46,738 nucleotides of DNA from the IMG/VR virus record IMGVR_UViG_3300037424_001103, positions 1-46,738 of that record, one strand, 5' to 3'. The notes under the pieces were generated by a model. It did not search any database, was not told the DNA's origin, and saw nothing but the letters and a program-made list of their open reading frames with translations. Within the stretch, counting starts at the first letter, position 1. Every line of letters starts with the position of its first letter. A program made the translations under genes and the position numbers. Below, one piece after another: positions 33,157-42,536 of the stretch. The stretch is from a virus (taxonomy: Duplodnaviria; Caudoviricetes).

Positions 33157-36100
33157 CAGCGACCCCTCGAAACGGTTTGAACCGCTACCCTTGCAGGCCC
33201 TCTTGATAGCAACGCGGGCAGCCGCCGCTCAAGCTCGCTTACAGCGTTACGAGCTACCTCGTCGGACGAGTCTCCGTAGGCATTAATTGTTATGTAAACG
33301 GTTGCTCCGCTATCGTTTTGAGTTGTCAGAGCTGCTTGCTGAGACGGGTTCAACACCACTTCGTTCGGGTGCAAAATAGCAAGCCCCCCTGAGCCTGTCC
33401 ACCCTCCCTCATCATATTTTGGGATGTCTGAAAGCCCAGATGTATTCTCAGCAATAATTTTGAGATAATCGGTTTGCTCGTACTGTAGTTGATACTCGGA
33501 TTTCATCAAATCTGAATACGCGAGAAGCTCATTCAGCCCGCCAAGCACTGTTGAGTATTCCCCTTGATAAGCGCTCGACGGCCTCTCGTACGCCTCTTGG
33601 GAGAGCGTAAGCTGCCCACCATAAAGGTCTTGAAGTTTTTGAATCGCTAAAGCCTTTTCTGCGTCGCTACCCAACCCGCCGAGATACCCGCCGATGGACT
33701 GCCCACCAAGCATGTCTGATATTGCGCCCTTCTGGATGCCAAGCCGCTCAAAAATATCTGCCTGATTATCAGAGCTGGTTTGCATTCCGAGAATCTGATC
33801 ACGGAGAGAATCAGACAAATCCGAAAACATATCCCTGGATTGCTCCGCTGTTTCGGAGAGGGAAGCGAGAGCATCGTTCAGCGTATTGACCTCGCCCATC
33901 AATTCCGGCGCCGTCATCCCCAAGACATCAGCAAATTTCTCAAAATCTGCAAAAGTCATGTCAAGAAAGGGCTTCACGCCGTCCTTGTAGAGTGCTGCCA
34001 TGTCCCATTTCCCTGCCGAACCGTAACCGCCTCCCCACTTATATTCCTGCCCCATCTGGGTTAGCGAGATGTCGGAGGAGGACATCCCCCCAAGACCAAG
34101 CTGAAAACTGCCGTAACTTTTGATTGTCTCCATTCGGGCTGCAAGGTCAACGGCTTCTGCTGCGATGGTTTTCGCACCATCGAGGATGGCATCAATAAGA
34201 GTTTCCATGTCAGATTCTACCTGAGACACGGAAACCCCAAATTTATCAGCAACATCCTGAACAGCCTGCGGATCAGCCTGGAAAGCGTTGTAAGCCTCTG
34301 TGAGAGCATCCTTGTTGAGCATTTGCTCACGGGTGAGCCCGTACCTCTCCCCAATGATATCGAGGTTGTTTGTTGGTTCCCACTTACTTCTGAGAGAATC
34401 CACCCAATCGCTGATACTGATCAGTTCTTTCGCTGCCTTTTCGGAAGCATCATAAACGGCGTCAGCGGCATCGACCAAGCTCATCAACGCCACGAAAGCG
34501 CTTTTCCCGGCATCGGTCGAAAGGTCTTGCGCTTCAACCAGATCACGGAACCCGTCCCTGGTAGACGGCATAATCATCCCCAGGTTTAGCATGGATGCTG
34601 ACAACTGACTGACAGACCACGATGTCTGCTCGGCTTCGCTGAAAAACGCGGTAAAATATCCTGATATGTTCGTCGTAAATGTTTCGAGATCCACCGCCAT
34701 TGTCAACAAAGTCTCGCTGAATCTAATCGCCTCCATGGAGTTTGCGACACCGGTAAAGCCAACCCCGATGGCATCGAGAGATGCAAGGATGATCTCTTTA
34801 TCTGTTACGAGGCGGGCCGCTGTCTCATACAGCCCTTCACCTACCTTCTGATATTGCTCGATCCCTGAAAAGATCGACTGGGCCGCATTGTCAGCGGCTG
34901 TTGAAATAACGTCCTGAAGTTTTTGGTTTATCTCTTCACCGGTAAGATCTTTAAGGTCTATCTTGCCAACCTCGAAAACAAATGCTTTTACCTGGCTTAT
35001 TGGAGTCCCTAAAGATTCTCCAAGGCTCATAAGTGTTTCGCTTAACCCTAAAAATACTTGATCAAAAAGGCGCTGAATGTCGGCATCCGCCTCTCCAGTT
35101 ACAGAAGAATCAGACCATTTTGTCTTCCCAAACCACCCGCCGGATTTTTTGGTACGATAATCTGCGTATGTGTTGACATCAATACCGCCTCCTGACATCA
35201 GACTCCCAATTGACGTATCAGCCAGCTGAAGACCAGCTTCGGTATTCCATGTTTTTGTGCTCCCGCCAAAAATACCTTCCGCAAGCGCTCCGCCTACGTA
35301 TTTAGCAATCACCTGAGGAAGCCCCAACAGAAACATATTGGTAATATTTACGGCTTTACTTTGGGTATTAAAAAGAGCGTCGGATGCTTTCTGAATTGAC
35401 GACATCCATGCTGATTCTGCCGACCCAATTGACGAAGAGTCAACACCCGTGAATGTTCCCCCGTTTCTAACGATAGAAGAAACAAGCCCTGTGATGTTGT
35501 TGTTCAGTTCAACCATTTCCTGCCGGATTTTCTGAAGCTCGGGGTATTCGTCAGAGTGAATATCCATCATGGTATCAGTTACGGTTGATATCGATTCGCT
35601 TGATGCCGTTATGTCACCAAGTACGGAACCATAATGATTTGTTGCCGTGGATTGTGTGGCTGATCCAGACGATCCACTGCCCCCGCTTACCGACTCACCG
35701 ATTGACCCCAACAGCGCCCCCATTGCGGCAGCCATAGCAGCAATCCGCGCAAAAGCCGTGTAAGGATCACCAAGCCCCTGATTGGCGATGGCGGCCACGG
35801 CATTGACAACAGCGACCGCTTTTTGTGCTACCATCATAGCGTCTGACGCTTCTTGCCATTTTTTTGCGTCATCCGATCCTTCGGAATAGAGTTTACTTAT
35901 CCCGGCAAACGCCGAATCCAAATCGCTGAATCCATCAGCGATATACTGAGTTTTATCTCTAAAAAGATCCTGCGCGAGCCTCGCTTCAGAGTCAGCGGCT
36001 TTCTTGTTTGCCGCCTCTTTGTCAAGCCCTGCCTTTATTTCTTCCTGCCGGATTTTTTCTATCCATTCAAGTTGGGCATCACGGTATTCGTTTTCAAAAC

Positions 36101-37637
36101 CTTCCAAATCCTTATACAGCGTCATCTTGTCTTGCAGTAGCTTTTCAGCATCAGCGATGGCCTTTTTAACCCTGTCAGCGTCCCCCTTGATAGCCATAGC
36201 CTCACCATCGGCGATATTCTTTTCCATGGCATCGCTCGCGCTCTCCGCCGCTTTCCATGCCGCCAGCGAAGCGTATTTCTGCGCGATCATCGCGTCAACC
36301 GATTCGAGCCGCGCGCCGGTGAGACCTTTTTCCCGAGCCTCAAGGCGCTCTTTTGCCGCCTCGTCAAGGCCGATCATCGCGATCTCTTTTCCGAGGCTTT
36401 CAACGTAATCATCTTGGGCCTTTTTGATGCGCTCGGCTTCTGCGACTGCTTTTTTTTGTTCCGATGTAAGTTTGGTGGTTGCCTCAGCTGTGGCAATAGT
36501 TTTAACGGTTAAATCTTCTGTTTTCTTTAATGTTTCATCAAGTAGTCTTTCAAGTTCAGAATCAGACATAGACCCGTTTAAGGCTTTCTGCTTTGCCAAA
36601 ATATCGTCAACAAGACGTTGCCGTTCAACAAAACCGAGTTTCGCAAATTCTGATAGGTCCAAAAGTCCTTTTGTTGCAAGTTCTGACGCTTGGCCCATGG
36701 TTCCAAAAATGCTTCTAAGCCCTGCATATTTTGCAAGCCCAGATAATTTTTCTATTACTGCGCCAAGGTTTGCCGCAAAGTCTTTGAGAGACCTCTGGAC
36801 TTCAGGATCTTTCAGCGTGTCTGTGATGTTTTTTAAGGAGTTGTTAACCGAATCTAAAAACCCGGACTTTGCCATCTCAACTTTTAAATCTGTCCACGCT
36901 TCCTGAAACTTATTTGAGGCCCTTGTGGCTTCGTCAACAGCACCTGAATATCGTTTTGACAACACGTTAGCCAGTTTTGGAAGCGCGTCGCTTGCCAGAA
37001 CTTCACCTTTCTGTAACATGTCATCGAGCTTTTGAGTTGATACCCCCATGGCTTCAGCCATCAGATTAAAAGCGCCCGGCAATCGTTCCCCCAATTGTTG
37101 CCGCAATTCCTCGGCTGAAACCTTGCCCTTGCTCATCATCTGTTGAATTGCTACAAGCGAACCACTCGTAGCATCTGCCGAAAGCCCGAGGGATGCCGCC
37201 GCCTTCGTCACAGCGACAAAAATATCACGCGTCGCCTGCCCTTGCAGTGAGGTTCCTTTTGATGCCGCCGAAATCCCCTTATACGCTTCGGCCAGAACAT
37301 AAAAATTCTGACCGAGGTCGTCTGCCGCTTTTCGCAGGAACCCAAACTCCTTGTTTGCAAGCGCTGAAGAACCCTGAATCTCAGCATACGCCTTGTTCAA
37401 CTGAGCGGCAGCCTTCCCGGCTTCAAACAACGAAGAACTGAAGGCCATTATTTCTCTCACGCTGAAATAGACGGCAAGCCCGGACATCATTGATTTCAAC
37501 GCGCCGAAGCTCTTGGTTACCGAGTCCGTGGCCTTCTCAACCTTACGGCTTTTACCTTCAAGCTCTTCAAGGCTTTTAGACGCCGTGACAACGCCTTTTG
37601 AATCAACTTTGATAAAAAGTTCTGCCAGGTCACTCAT
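33156..37637 (-). CDS. Tape measure protein
   Basis: 1493 aa, Ala-rich helical; A..QM.SKGKVSAEELRQQLGERLPGA; C-terminal P.YD.GG..G...A.LH..E.VL. Confidence 0.97.
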   Translation of the reverse strand: MSDLAELFIKVDSKGVVTASKSLEELEGKSRKVEKATDSVTKSFGALKSMMSGLAVYFSVREIMAFSSSLFEAGKAAAQLNKAYAEIQGSSALANKEFGFLRKAADDLGQNFYVLAEAYKGISAASKGTSLQGQATRDIFVAVTKAAASLGLSADATSGSLVAIQQMMSKGKVSAEELRQQLGERLPGAFNLMAEAMGVSTQKLDDMLQKGEVLASDALPKLANVLSKRYSGAVDEATRASNKFQEAWTDLKVEMAKSGFLDSVNNSLKNITDTLKDPEVQRSLKDFAANLGAVIEKLSGLAKYAGLRSIFGTMGQASELATKGLLDLSEFAKLGFVERQRLVDDILAKQKALNGSMSDSELERLLDETLKKTEDLTVKTIATAEATTKLTSEQKKAVAEAERIKKAQDDYVESLGKEIAMIGLDEAAKERLEAREKGLTGARLESVDAMIAQKYASLAAWKAAESASDAMEKNIADGEAMAIKGDADRVKKAIADAEKLLQDKMTLYKDLEGFENEYRDAQLEWIEKIRQEEIKAGLDKEAANKKAADSEARLAQDLFRDKTQYIADGFSDLDSAFAGISKLYSEGSDDAKKWQEASDAMMVAQKAVAVVNAVAAIANQGLGDPYTAFARIAAMAAAMGALLGSIGESVSGGSGSSGSATQSTATNHYGSVLGDITASSESISTVTDTMMDIHSDEYPELQKIRQEMVELNNNITGLVSSIVRNGGTFTGVDSSSIGSAESAWMSSIQKASDALFNTQSKAVNITNMFLLGLPQVIAKYVGGALAEGIFGGSTKTWNTEAGLQLADTSIGSLMSGGGIDVNTYADYRTKKSGGWFGKTKWSDSSVTGEADADIQRLFDQVFLGLSETLMSLGESLGTPISQVKAFVFEVGKIDLKDLTGEEINQKLQDVISTAADNAAQSIFSGIEQYQKVGEGLYETAARLVTDKEIILASLDAIGVGFTGVANSMEAIRFSETLLTMAVDLETFTTNISGYFTAFFSEAEQTSWSVSQLSASMLNLGMIMPSTRDGFRDLVEAQDLSTDAGKSAFVALMSLVDAADAVYDASEKAAKELISISDWVDSLRSKWEPTNNLDIIGERYGLTREQMLNKDALTEAYNAFQADPQAVQDVADKFGVSVSQVESDMETLIDAILDGAKTIAAEAVDLAARMETIKSYGSFQLGLGGMSSSDISLTQMGQEYKWGGGYGSAGKWDMAALYKDGVKPFLDMTFADFEKFADVLGMTAPELMGEVNTLNDALASLSETAEQSRDMFSDLSDSLRDQILGMQTSSDNQADIFERLGIQKGAISDMLGGQSIGGYLGGLGSDAEKALAIQKLQDLYGGQLTLSQEAYERPSSAYQGEYSTVLGGLNELLAYSDLMKSEYQLQYEQTDYLKIIAENTSGLSDIPKYDEGGWTGSGGLAILHPNEVVLNPSQQAALTTQNDSGATVYITINAYGDSSDEVARNAVSELERRLPALLSRGPARVAVQTVSRGR

Positions 37638-38035
37638 GATTTCTTACTCGCTGATTGAAGATACAATTGATCAAGCTGTTCAAGCACAGACACCTCCCAC
37701 GGATCAGGGACAATCCCTGTCATTTCTGACCATGCTTTCATTTCGGTAAAAGTTGTGGGGAGTGGTCCGTTCATACCTGATTGCCTTTTGCTTGAGAGTT
37801 GGCAAAACCACTGCCAGATGTAAAGAATCGCTTCGTTTACTTCTACCTGCTTCAGCTGATCCGGCATCTTCCCGGTTTGCCGGTAAACGCTTTCGAGGTT
37901 ATCCCTGAGGCTTGATCCGTCCTTTTGGCGCTTACCCAGAGACAATTGATGGTCAGCATAACCGAGAAGCCCGAAGCCGTTGACCATCTCTCCGTCAACG
38001 ACTTCACCTGACATCCCGATTAAAGCCCCAAAAAA
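37634..38035 (-). CDS. Tail assembly chaperone T segment (expressed as a G-T fusion by -1 frameshift)
   Basis: W.WF..LS..R..G..G..P....E..AW...G....PWE...L..LD; open from the slippery site, no good independent start. Confidence 0.8.
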   Translation of the reverse strand, partial: FFGALIGMSGEVVDGEMVNGFGLLGYADHQLSLGKRQKDGSSLRDNLESVYRQTGKMPDQLKQVEVNEAILYIWQWFCQLSSKRQSGMNGPLPTTFTEMKAWSEMTGIVPDPWEVSVLEQLDQLYLQSASKKS

Positions 38036-38448
38036 TTGGCGCGGTCTCCTATGGCAGTATCGACCTGGTCCTTTAGCCACGGGAAATCCTCATACACCAT
38101 GGCTGCGTTTTGTGGCGTGCAAGTAAGGTTTTCTCCGCGAAGAAGAATGGTTGGCTCCTCCCCTGTTCGCCATGATTTCGTGCAGGCCGCAAGTAATTCA
38201 ATGCCGTCTCTTTCTGTTTCTTCAGGAGGAAGATTTGCCATTCCCCTAAAACCGCCCTTGGTGAGCCTGTCAAGCCGCTTTTTGTTTTGCCTGCGCGTTA
38301 CTTTTTGGTGCTCTTCCGAGTCCTTCCCGAAAACCGTGATAACAATTCCCAGATCGGCCAGAGTGCCGGGGTGATAGATTTTAACATCAAATCCCTTGTT
38401 GGCACCGGCTACCGTATCGAGTGAAGCAAGATCAATTTGTTCTGGCAT
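38020..38448 (-). CDS. Tail assembly chaperone G
   Basis: HP.T...G..I.V.G.DS, LA.CT..W, N....Y...PW...QV......ANF; follows the tail tube gene. Confidence 0.85.
   Translation of the reverse strand: MPEQIDLASLDTVAGANKGFDVKIYHPGTLADLGIVITVFGKDSEEHQKVTRRQNKKRLDRLTKGGFRGMANLPPEETERDGIELLAACTKSWRTGEEPTILLRGENLTCTPQNAAMVYEDFPWLKDQVDTAIGDRANFLGL
38029..38035 (-). promoter_or_regulatory. Programmed -1 frameshift slippery heptamer T TTT TTG
   Basis: ...GCC AAT TTT TTG GGG CTT TAA; the -1 frame continues FFGALIGMSG... Confidence 0.8.
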
Positions 38449-38475
38449 AAAAACTCCTATTAAATTGATATGTTA

Positions 38476-39717
38476 TCAGGCTGCAAGCGAGTCCTGAATA
38501 GAAATTGTGGTTGCCAAATGCGCCGTTGTTGCACTGCCTGTGGTATTCAACAGTGCCTGGAAGGGTATGGTCTGAATTAGGCCTTTTTCCCCGTCATCTT
38601 TTGAGGCCCCTCCGACCTTCACACGAGGCATTGAGATCGCAACGAAATCCGCCGCTGCCGCATTACTGGCGGTAAAAGCTGCGACAATGGCGACCTCGGT
38701 TTCGTCAACAAAGTAGTCCCGGAAGGTAGCATTTTCAAAATAGACTGTCATATTGCCAGTTGCGGACACCCGGCCATGGATGATATCAGGGCGAACATTT
38801 GATCCGACCACGGCATCAAGTGGGGTTTCTTTCCCGTCGATGGTAATGTCAAGCCCTGTGAGCAACGCGACTTTCGTCCCAGCGACATACAACGCTCCAT
38901 TTACGGCAGCCAGAACGCCGCCAGCCCCTTGAGCTGCCGGTGCTGTAAAATACGGAGCTGTACCTGCCGCATAATCAACCATATCGATGCCGACAACCGC
39001 GCAATCATAGGTAGCCATTCCGGAAGGCGGGAGCTTCAGAGCTATGCTGCCAATTTTGCAATCAGTGAAAACCTCGGATAGATCCAAATCGCTGTAATTG
39101 TGCTCAATCGTGAAATAGTCGTTCGTTTGACCAGTTGCCGGAACCCAACATTTTTTCCCGACACAAGTGAAGGTCACGGTATCACCGGCCGCTTTCGCTC
39201 CAACGGCAACACCATCCAGCATGATCCCGGTCATTACTGTTTCGGTCAACGCAGTAATCAGAAAATTGTGCGCATTGTTCGGATCCCCCGTAGTGGTCCA
39301 TCCGGTCCACCGGCCCACATCGCCGACCTTCAATCCGTCCGTCATGAATGTGCCACCTACCGTGGTGAAAGTTCCGGAGGCACCGGTCGTAACCGCCGCC
39401 GTGACATCTGATAGGGCATCCGAAGCTGCGCCAGCGGCCCATGCTTTCCGTAGTATCGCCGGAATCTCAAGATTCAGCGCCCCAGGAGAAAGCTCGTTTG
39501 AAATCGTTCCGCTTACCGATCTCACGCCGTGACGAAAATCCGCAATCTGCTGATCAACCCGGATCTCGTTTGACTGGTAGGTCTCCTTTTGCATATCAAT
39601 CGTTGATGTTACGCGCCGTTTATAGATAGCGCTTGCGGCATCTGCTGCCGCCTGAGTACCTTTGGCCGCCTGGATTGCCATCACAACTTTTTTAGCTACG
39701 CCTGCCGCTATGGTCAT
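38476..39717 (-). CDS. Major tail tube protein
   Basis: S.EIR.D.Q..D.RHG...V.G....ELS, FTIE....D, G...V.G....YF; position. Confidence 0.88.
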   Translation of the reverse strand: MTIAAGVAKKVVMAIQAAKGTQAAADAASAIYKRRVTSTIDMQKETYQSNEIRVDQQIADFRHGVRSVSGTISNELSPGALNLEIPAILRKAWAAGAASDALSDVTAAVTTGASGTFTTVGGTFMTDGLKVGDVGRWTGWTTTGDPNNAHNFLITALTETVMTGIMLDGVAVGAKAAGDTVTFTCVGKKCWVPATGQTNDYFTIEHNYSDLDLSEVFTDCKIGSIALKLPPSGMATYDCAVVGIDMVDYAAGTAPYFTAPAAQGAGGVLAAVNGALYVAGTKVALLTGLDITIDGKETPLDAVVGSNVRPDIIHGRVSATGNMTVYFENATFRDYFVDETEVAIVAAFTASNAAAADFVAISMPRVKVGGASKDDGEKGLIQTIPFQALLNTTGSATTAHLATTISIQDSLAA

Positions 39718-39732
39718 TTCTTTGTCTCCTCG

Positions 39733-40137
39733 TTAAAAAATATCTGCAAAATATTGGATCTTCACCGGAACATGCCACCGGTCTCCATCAACACGTCCAT
39801 GGCCGATGGTCGGGGTTTTGTTTATTCGTACCGTTACCGCCCCTGAGGTCATTGACTGCCCGCGGGCGAACGCTGTTTTGATTAATTCCGCCCTCGCCTC
39901 TGCCACCCCCGCACCGGCCTGGAGCGGATAGAAAAGTGAAATTTGAAAAACGCCTCTCTCCCGGTGGAATCCGTCTCCCATGGTCGGGTTGTCAGGGTCC
40001 GCCGGCAGAAGATATATTTGAGCGTAAGGAACGCCTGATACTGGGGTAAAAGGTAAGTTTTCCCATGCATAACTAATAGGACTTGCCATATTATTTAAGC
40101 GGGTCTCAAGCGCCGTCCTAATTGCTACAATCGACAT
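39733..40137 (-). CDS. Tail terminator (DUF4128-like)
   Basis: AWEN..F.P....Y......P...G.FQI...YP...G...A......F.RG...PV.I.Y. Confidence 0.8.
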   Translation of the reverse strand: MSIVAIRTALETRLNNMASPISYAWENLPFTPVSGVPYAQIYLLPADPDNPTMGDGFHRERGVFQISLFYPLQAGAGVAEARAELIKTAFARGQSMTSGAVTVRINKTPTIGHGRVDGDRWHVPVKIQYFADIF

Positions 40138-40985
40138 GGCTCCCCCTGTGGCAACGAACGTACCCGATACCAGGCCTCCGACAGCAGTGCTCGCGTTTCC
40201 GGTGTTCTCTTTTTTCCCGTGTTCGCCGCTACTATTTTTGCAACGGTCTCGGGAGACGGAGCGCGGCCTTTCAGGGTTGCTGCTATTTTAGCCTTTTGGG
40301 CCTCAGGCATCTTTCTCCCCGTTCGGGTAGCTATTGACTTTGCTTTCGATTCTGGCGACATGATTCCAGCTGTCCCGTTCTTTGCTCGCTCTGATAGTTT
40401 GGCTTTGTTTTCTTCTGACATTTTACGGCCTGTTGCCGCCGCCGAGATCTTCGCGCAAGTTTCCGGAGATTTATTTCTCCCTTTCGAGGCGATAGACATT
40501 TTCGCTTTTGTTTCAGCGGAGCGCTTAATTCCCTTATTCAAGCCTACCAATTTAGCGCGGTGTTCCGGGGTTAATGCCCTCCCCCTTAACGATGCAGCTA
40601 TCTTTGCTGTGCGTTCCGGAGAATGCTTCACCCCGGATAACGCTGCCGATATCCGTTTTTTGTGATCATCGGAAAACGCAATCCCGAGAACTGATCCCGC
40701 TGCCGGTGCCGTGTTGTAAAGCCCCCGGTCTCGGTAGTAATCCATCCAAAACTGCTCGCGCTCGGTTAAATTCCCGGGAGGGCATATTTCCAAAACGATA
40801 TGCTGAAACGCACCTCCACCGTACTTCAAGAAGGCGTGCTGTAAATGCTCGCAATGATGAGCCCCCCTTAAAAGGTCAGAGAAATGCTTATTGCCACGCC
40901 TGCGGACATCAACAGATTGTCCAATGTACCGCTTACCGCTTACCGTATTTAAGACTGCGTAAATGCCTGATTTTTTTAGGCTCAT
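40125..40985 (-). CDS. GIY-YIG homing endonuclease with NUMOD3-like repeats
   Basis: SGIY...N...GKRYIGQS, REQ.W.D, YN; repeated (S/T).E..AK(I/M)S....G.K units. Confidence 0.93.
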   Translation of the reverse strand: MSLKKSGIYAVLNTVSGKRYIGQSVDVRRRGNKHFSDLLRGAHHCEHLQHAFLKYGGGAFQHIVLEICPPGNLTEREQFWMDYYRDRGLYNTAPAAGSVLGIAFSDDHKKRISAALSGVKHSPERTAKIAASLRGRALTPEHRAKLVGLNKGIKRSAETKAKMSIASKGRNKSPETCAKISAAATGRKMSEENKAKLSERAKNGTAGIMSPESKAKSIATRTGRKMPEAQKAKIAATLKGRAPSPETVAKIVAANTGKKRTPETRALLSEAWYRVRSLPQGEPCRL

Positions 40986-41443
40986 TTTGTACTCCTCACA
41001 GCTTCGCCAACGATGCTTTGGAACTCTGCCGAAGTGACAGAAACAATTCCTGCTGGTGCTTGATGTTGGCTATGCCCGTCTTCAAGCCGCTCAATATACG
41101 GCACCGAGTTCTGGATAAAATGCACCTTGCCGGCAGCCGCACCGCGTTTGCAAGAAGCCATGATCCGCCGGAAAGAAACGTTATCCTCCCCCGCGTTGCC
41201 ATCGATCGTCTTGAACTCTTGCGGCCTTAATGACCCTTCCGAGTGAGACCAGTTTGCACGTGCGTGACCGCCAACGTACCCGGGAGGTGCCGAATCAGGA
41301 TTTTTCCAGTACTTGGCATCACCCACCGGAGTCCGTTCAACCAGCCGCCGACCAATATCGAGTACCGTTTTCCGGACAACCGCATCAGCGTTATCAAGAG
41401 CTTTCTTCACAAACTTCGACATGTCAATGGAAAAGGTCATCAA
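40982..41443 (-). CDS. Tail completion protein (HK97 gp10-like)
   Basis: TPVG...GYVGG.ARANW, N.VPY..RLE.GHS..AP.G. Confidence 0.85.
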   Translation of the reverse strand: MMTFSIDMSKFVKKALDNADAVVRKTVLDIGRRLVERTPVGDAKYWKNPDSAPPGYVGGHARANWSHSEGSLRPQEFKTIDGNAGEDNVSFRRIMASCKRGAAAGKVHFIQNSVPYIERLEDGHSQHQAPAGIVSVTSAEFQSIVGEAVRSTK

Positions 41444-41820
41444 GCCCCCCGCAAGTTGCAGTCGTAAAGCGCAACGGTTCCGGCAGGAGCCATGATCTTC
41501 AACGGCGATACCATCGTGTAGACCACCCCGGCGGCATCGGTTACCGTGTCACCTAAAACAGGCGGCGTCATAGCGGCTCCAGCGGTATTAAGCGGAGAAA
41601 GCAAAAGCCGCCTATCCCCGATCTTGATTAATGATCCGTCAATATGCCTCGCCGCCCAATCAATTATCGCGGCCGTCCCGGACTGGGTGCTTGACGTGTT
41701 GGTCACGGTCCCGCCGGGCGAATAGGTTCCCGGAACAACATGGGTAAGCGTGACGGCCTGCCCAAATCTTGCGAGCATCCTATCCGCCGTTGCCGCCGTT
41801 TTTGAGTAATCAAACCCCAT
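41440..41820 (-). CDS. Head closure/stopper protein
   Basis: Y.....TA.R.L..FG..V.L, IDG..I..GD, P.G....Y....R. Confidence 0.8.
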   Translation of the reverse strand: MGFDYSKTAATADRMLARFGQAVTLTHVVPGTYSPGGTVTNTSSTQSGTAAIIDWAARHIDGSLIKIGDRRLLLSPLNTAGAAMTPPVLGDTVTDAAGVVYTMVSPLKIMAPAGTVALYDCNLRGA

Positions 41821-42362
41821 TACGCCCTCACCAAAGACACCATGGCCCCGCCGCCGGTCTTGAGATATGGGGCAAGCATTTGATCGATTGCCGGGTATCT
41901 CGCCCGCTGGGGGGATGCCTTGTCATAGGTTACCTGAATGGGTCCAACCTGCTCCGATAGAACCCCCTGATTGAGGTCTGAAAGAAGGTCGGCGCTTGCT
42001 GCCCGTAACGCTAATTCTGCTGTTGCGCGTTGCACAGCCACCGGCACCGAATCGGCCGGCACCATATTTGAGTACTCAAACAGGCTTATCGGCTGGATGT
42101 CGGCAACCGGCTCAAGGAAAACGTAATTCCTAGGCCAGTCAAGCGCTTGCGTTGCGGATACCCTTGCACCATTCCACCGTGACCGGTACACTTGACACAT
42201 GTAGTCAGTCGCGCGGCGGAGCGACTGCTCGCGGACGGTATCAGATGCAAGGGCCGCCCATGCTGCGTTGCCGCGGGCAGCATGATAAGTCCCGGCGTCC
42301 ACTACGCTGATATAAGATTCAGCCGTTGCGCTTCCCGTTCCTAATTCGGTCTCAAGTGCCAT
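41820..42362 (-). CDS. Head-tail adaptor (DnaT-like domain family)
   Basis: AESY.SV..A..Y...RG..W, L.RATDY, Q.L.WPR, VGPI...Y, L.PYL. Confidence 0.85.
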   Translation of the reverse strand: MALETELGTGSATAESYISVVDAGTYHAARGNAAWAALASDTVREQSLRRATDYMCQVYRSRWNGARVSATQALDWPRNYVFLEPVADIQPISLFEYSNMVPADSVPVAVQRATAELALRAASADLLSDLNQGVLSEQVGPIQVTYDKASPQRARYPAIDQMLAPYLKTGGGAMVSLVRA

Positions 42363-42365
42363 TAC

Positions 42366-42521
42366 TTAAGCCTTTTTCTTCGAGTTGACGGCCACAATAA
42401 GTGACGCCACTGCCTTTTCCAGTTCTACAACCCGCGCCTTTAGCGCTTCGAACTCTTCCCTATTTTTTGCGCCTGCCGGGAACTTCATCACTCCCGGTTG
42501 CGCTTCTCTTTTTTCAGGCAT
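42366..42521 (-). CDS. 51-aa coiled-coil ORF not in the ORF track
   Basis: MPEKREAQPGVMKFPAGAKNREEFEALKARVVELEKAVASLIVAVNSKKKA; fills the gap between head fibre and adaptor. Confidence 0.7.
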   Translation of the reverse strand: MPEKREAQPGVMKFPAGAKNREEFEALKARVVELEKAVASLIVAVNSKKKA

Positions 42522-42536
42522 GCGCCCCCCCCCTGA

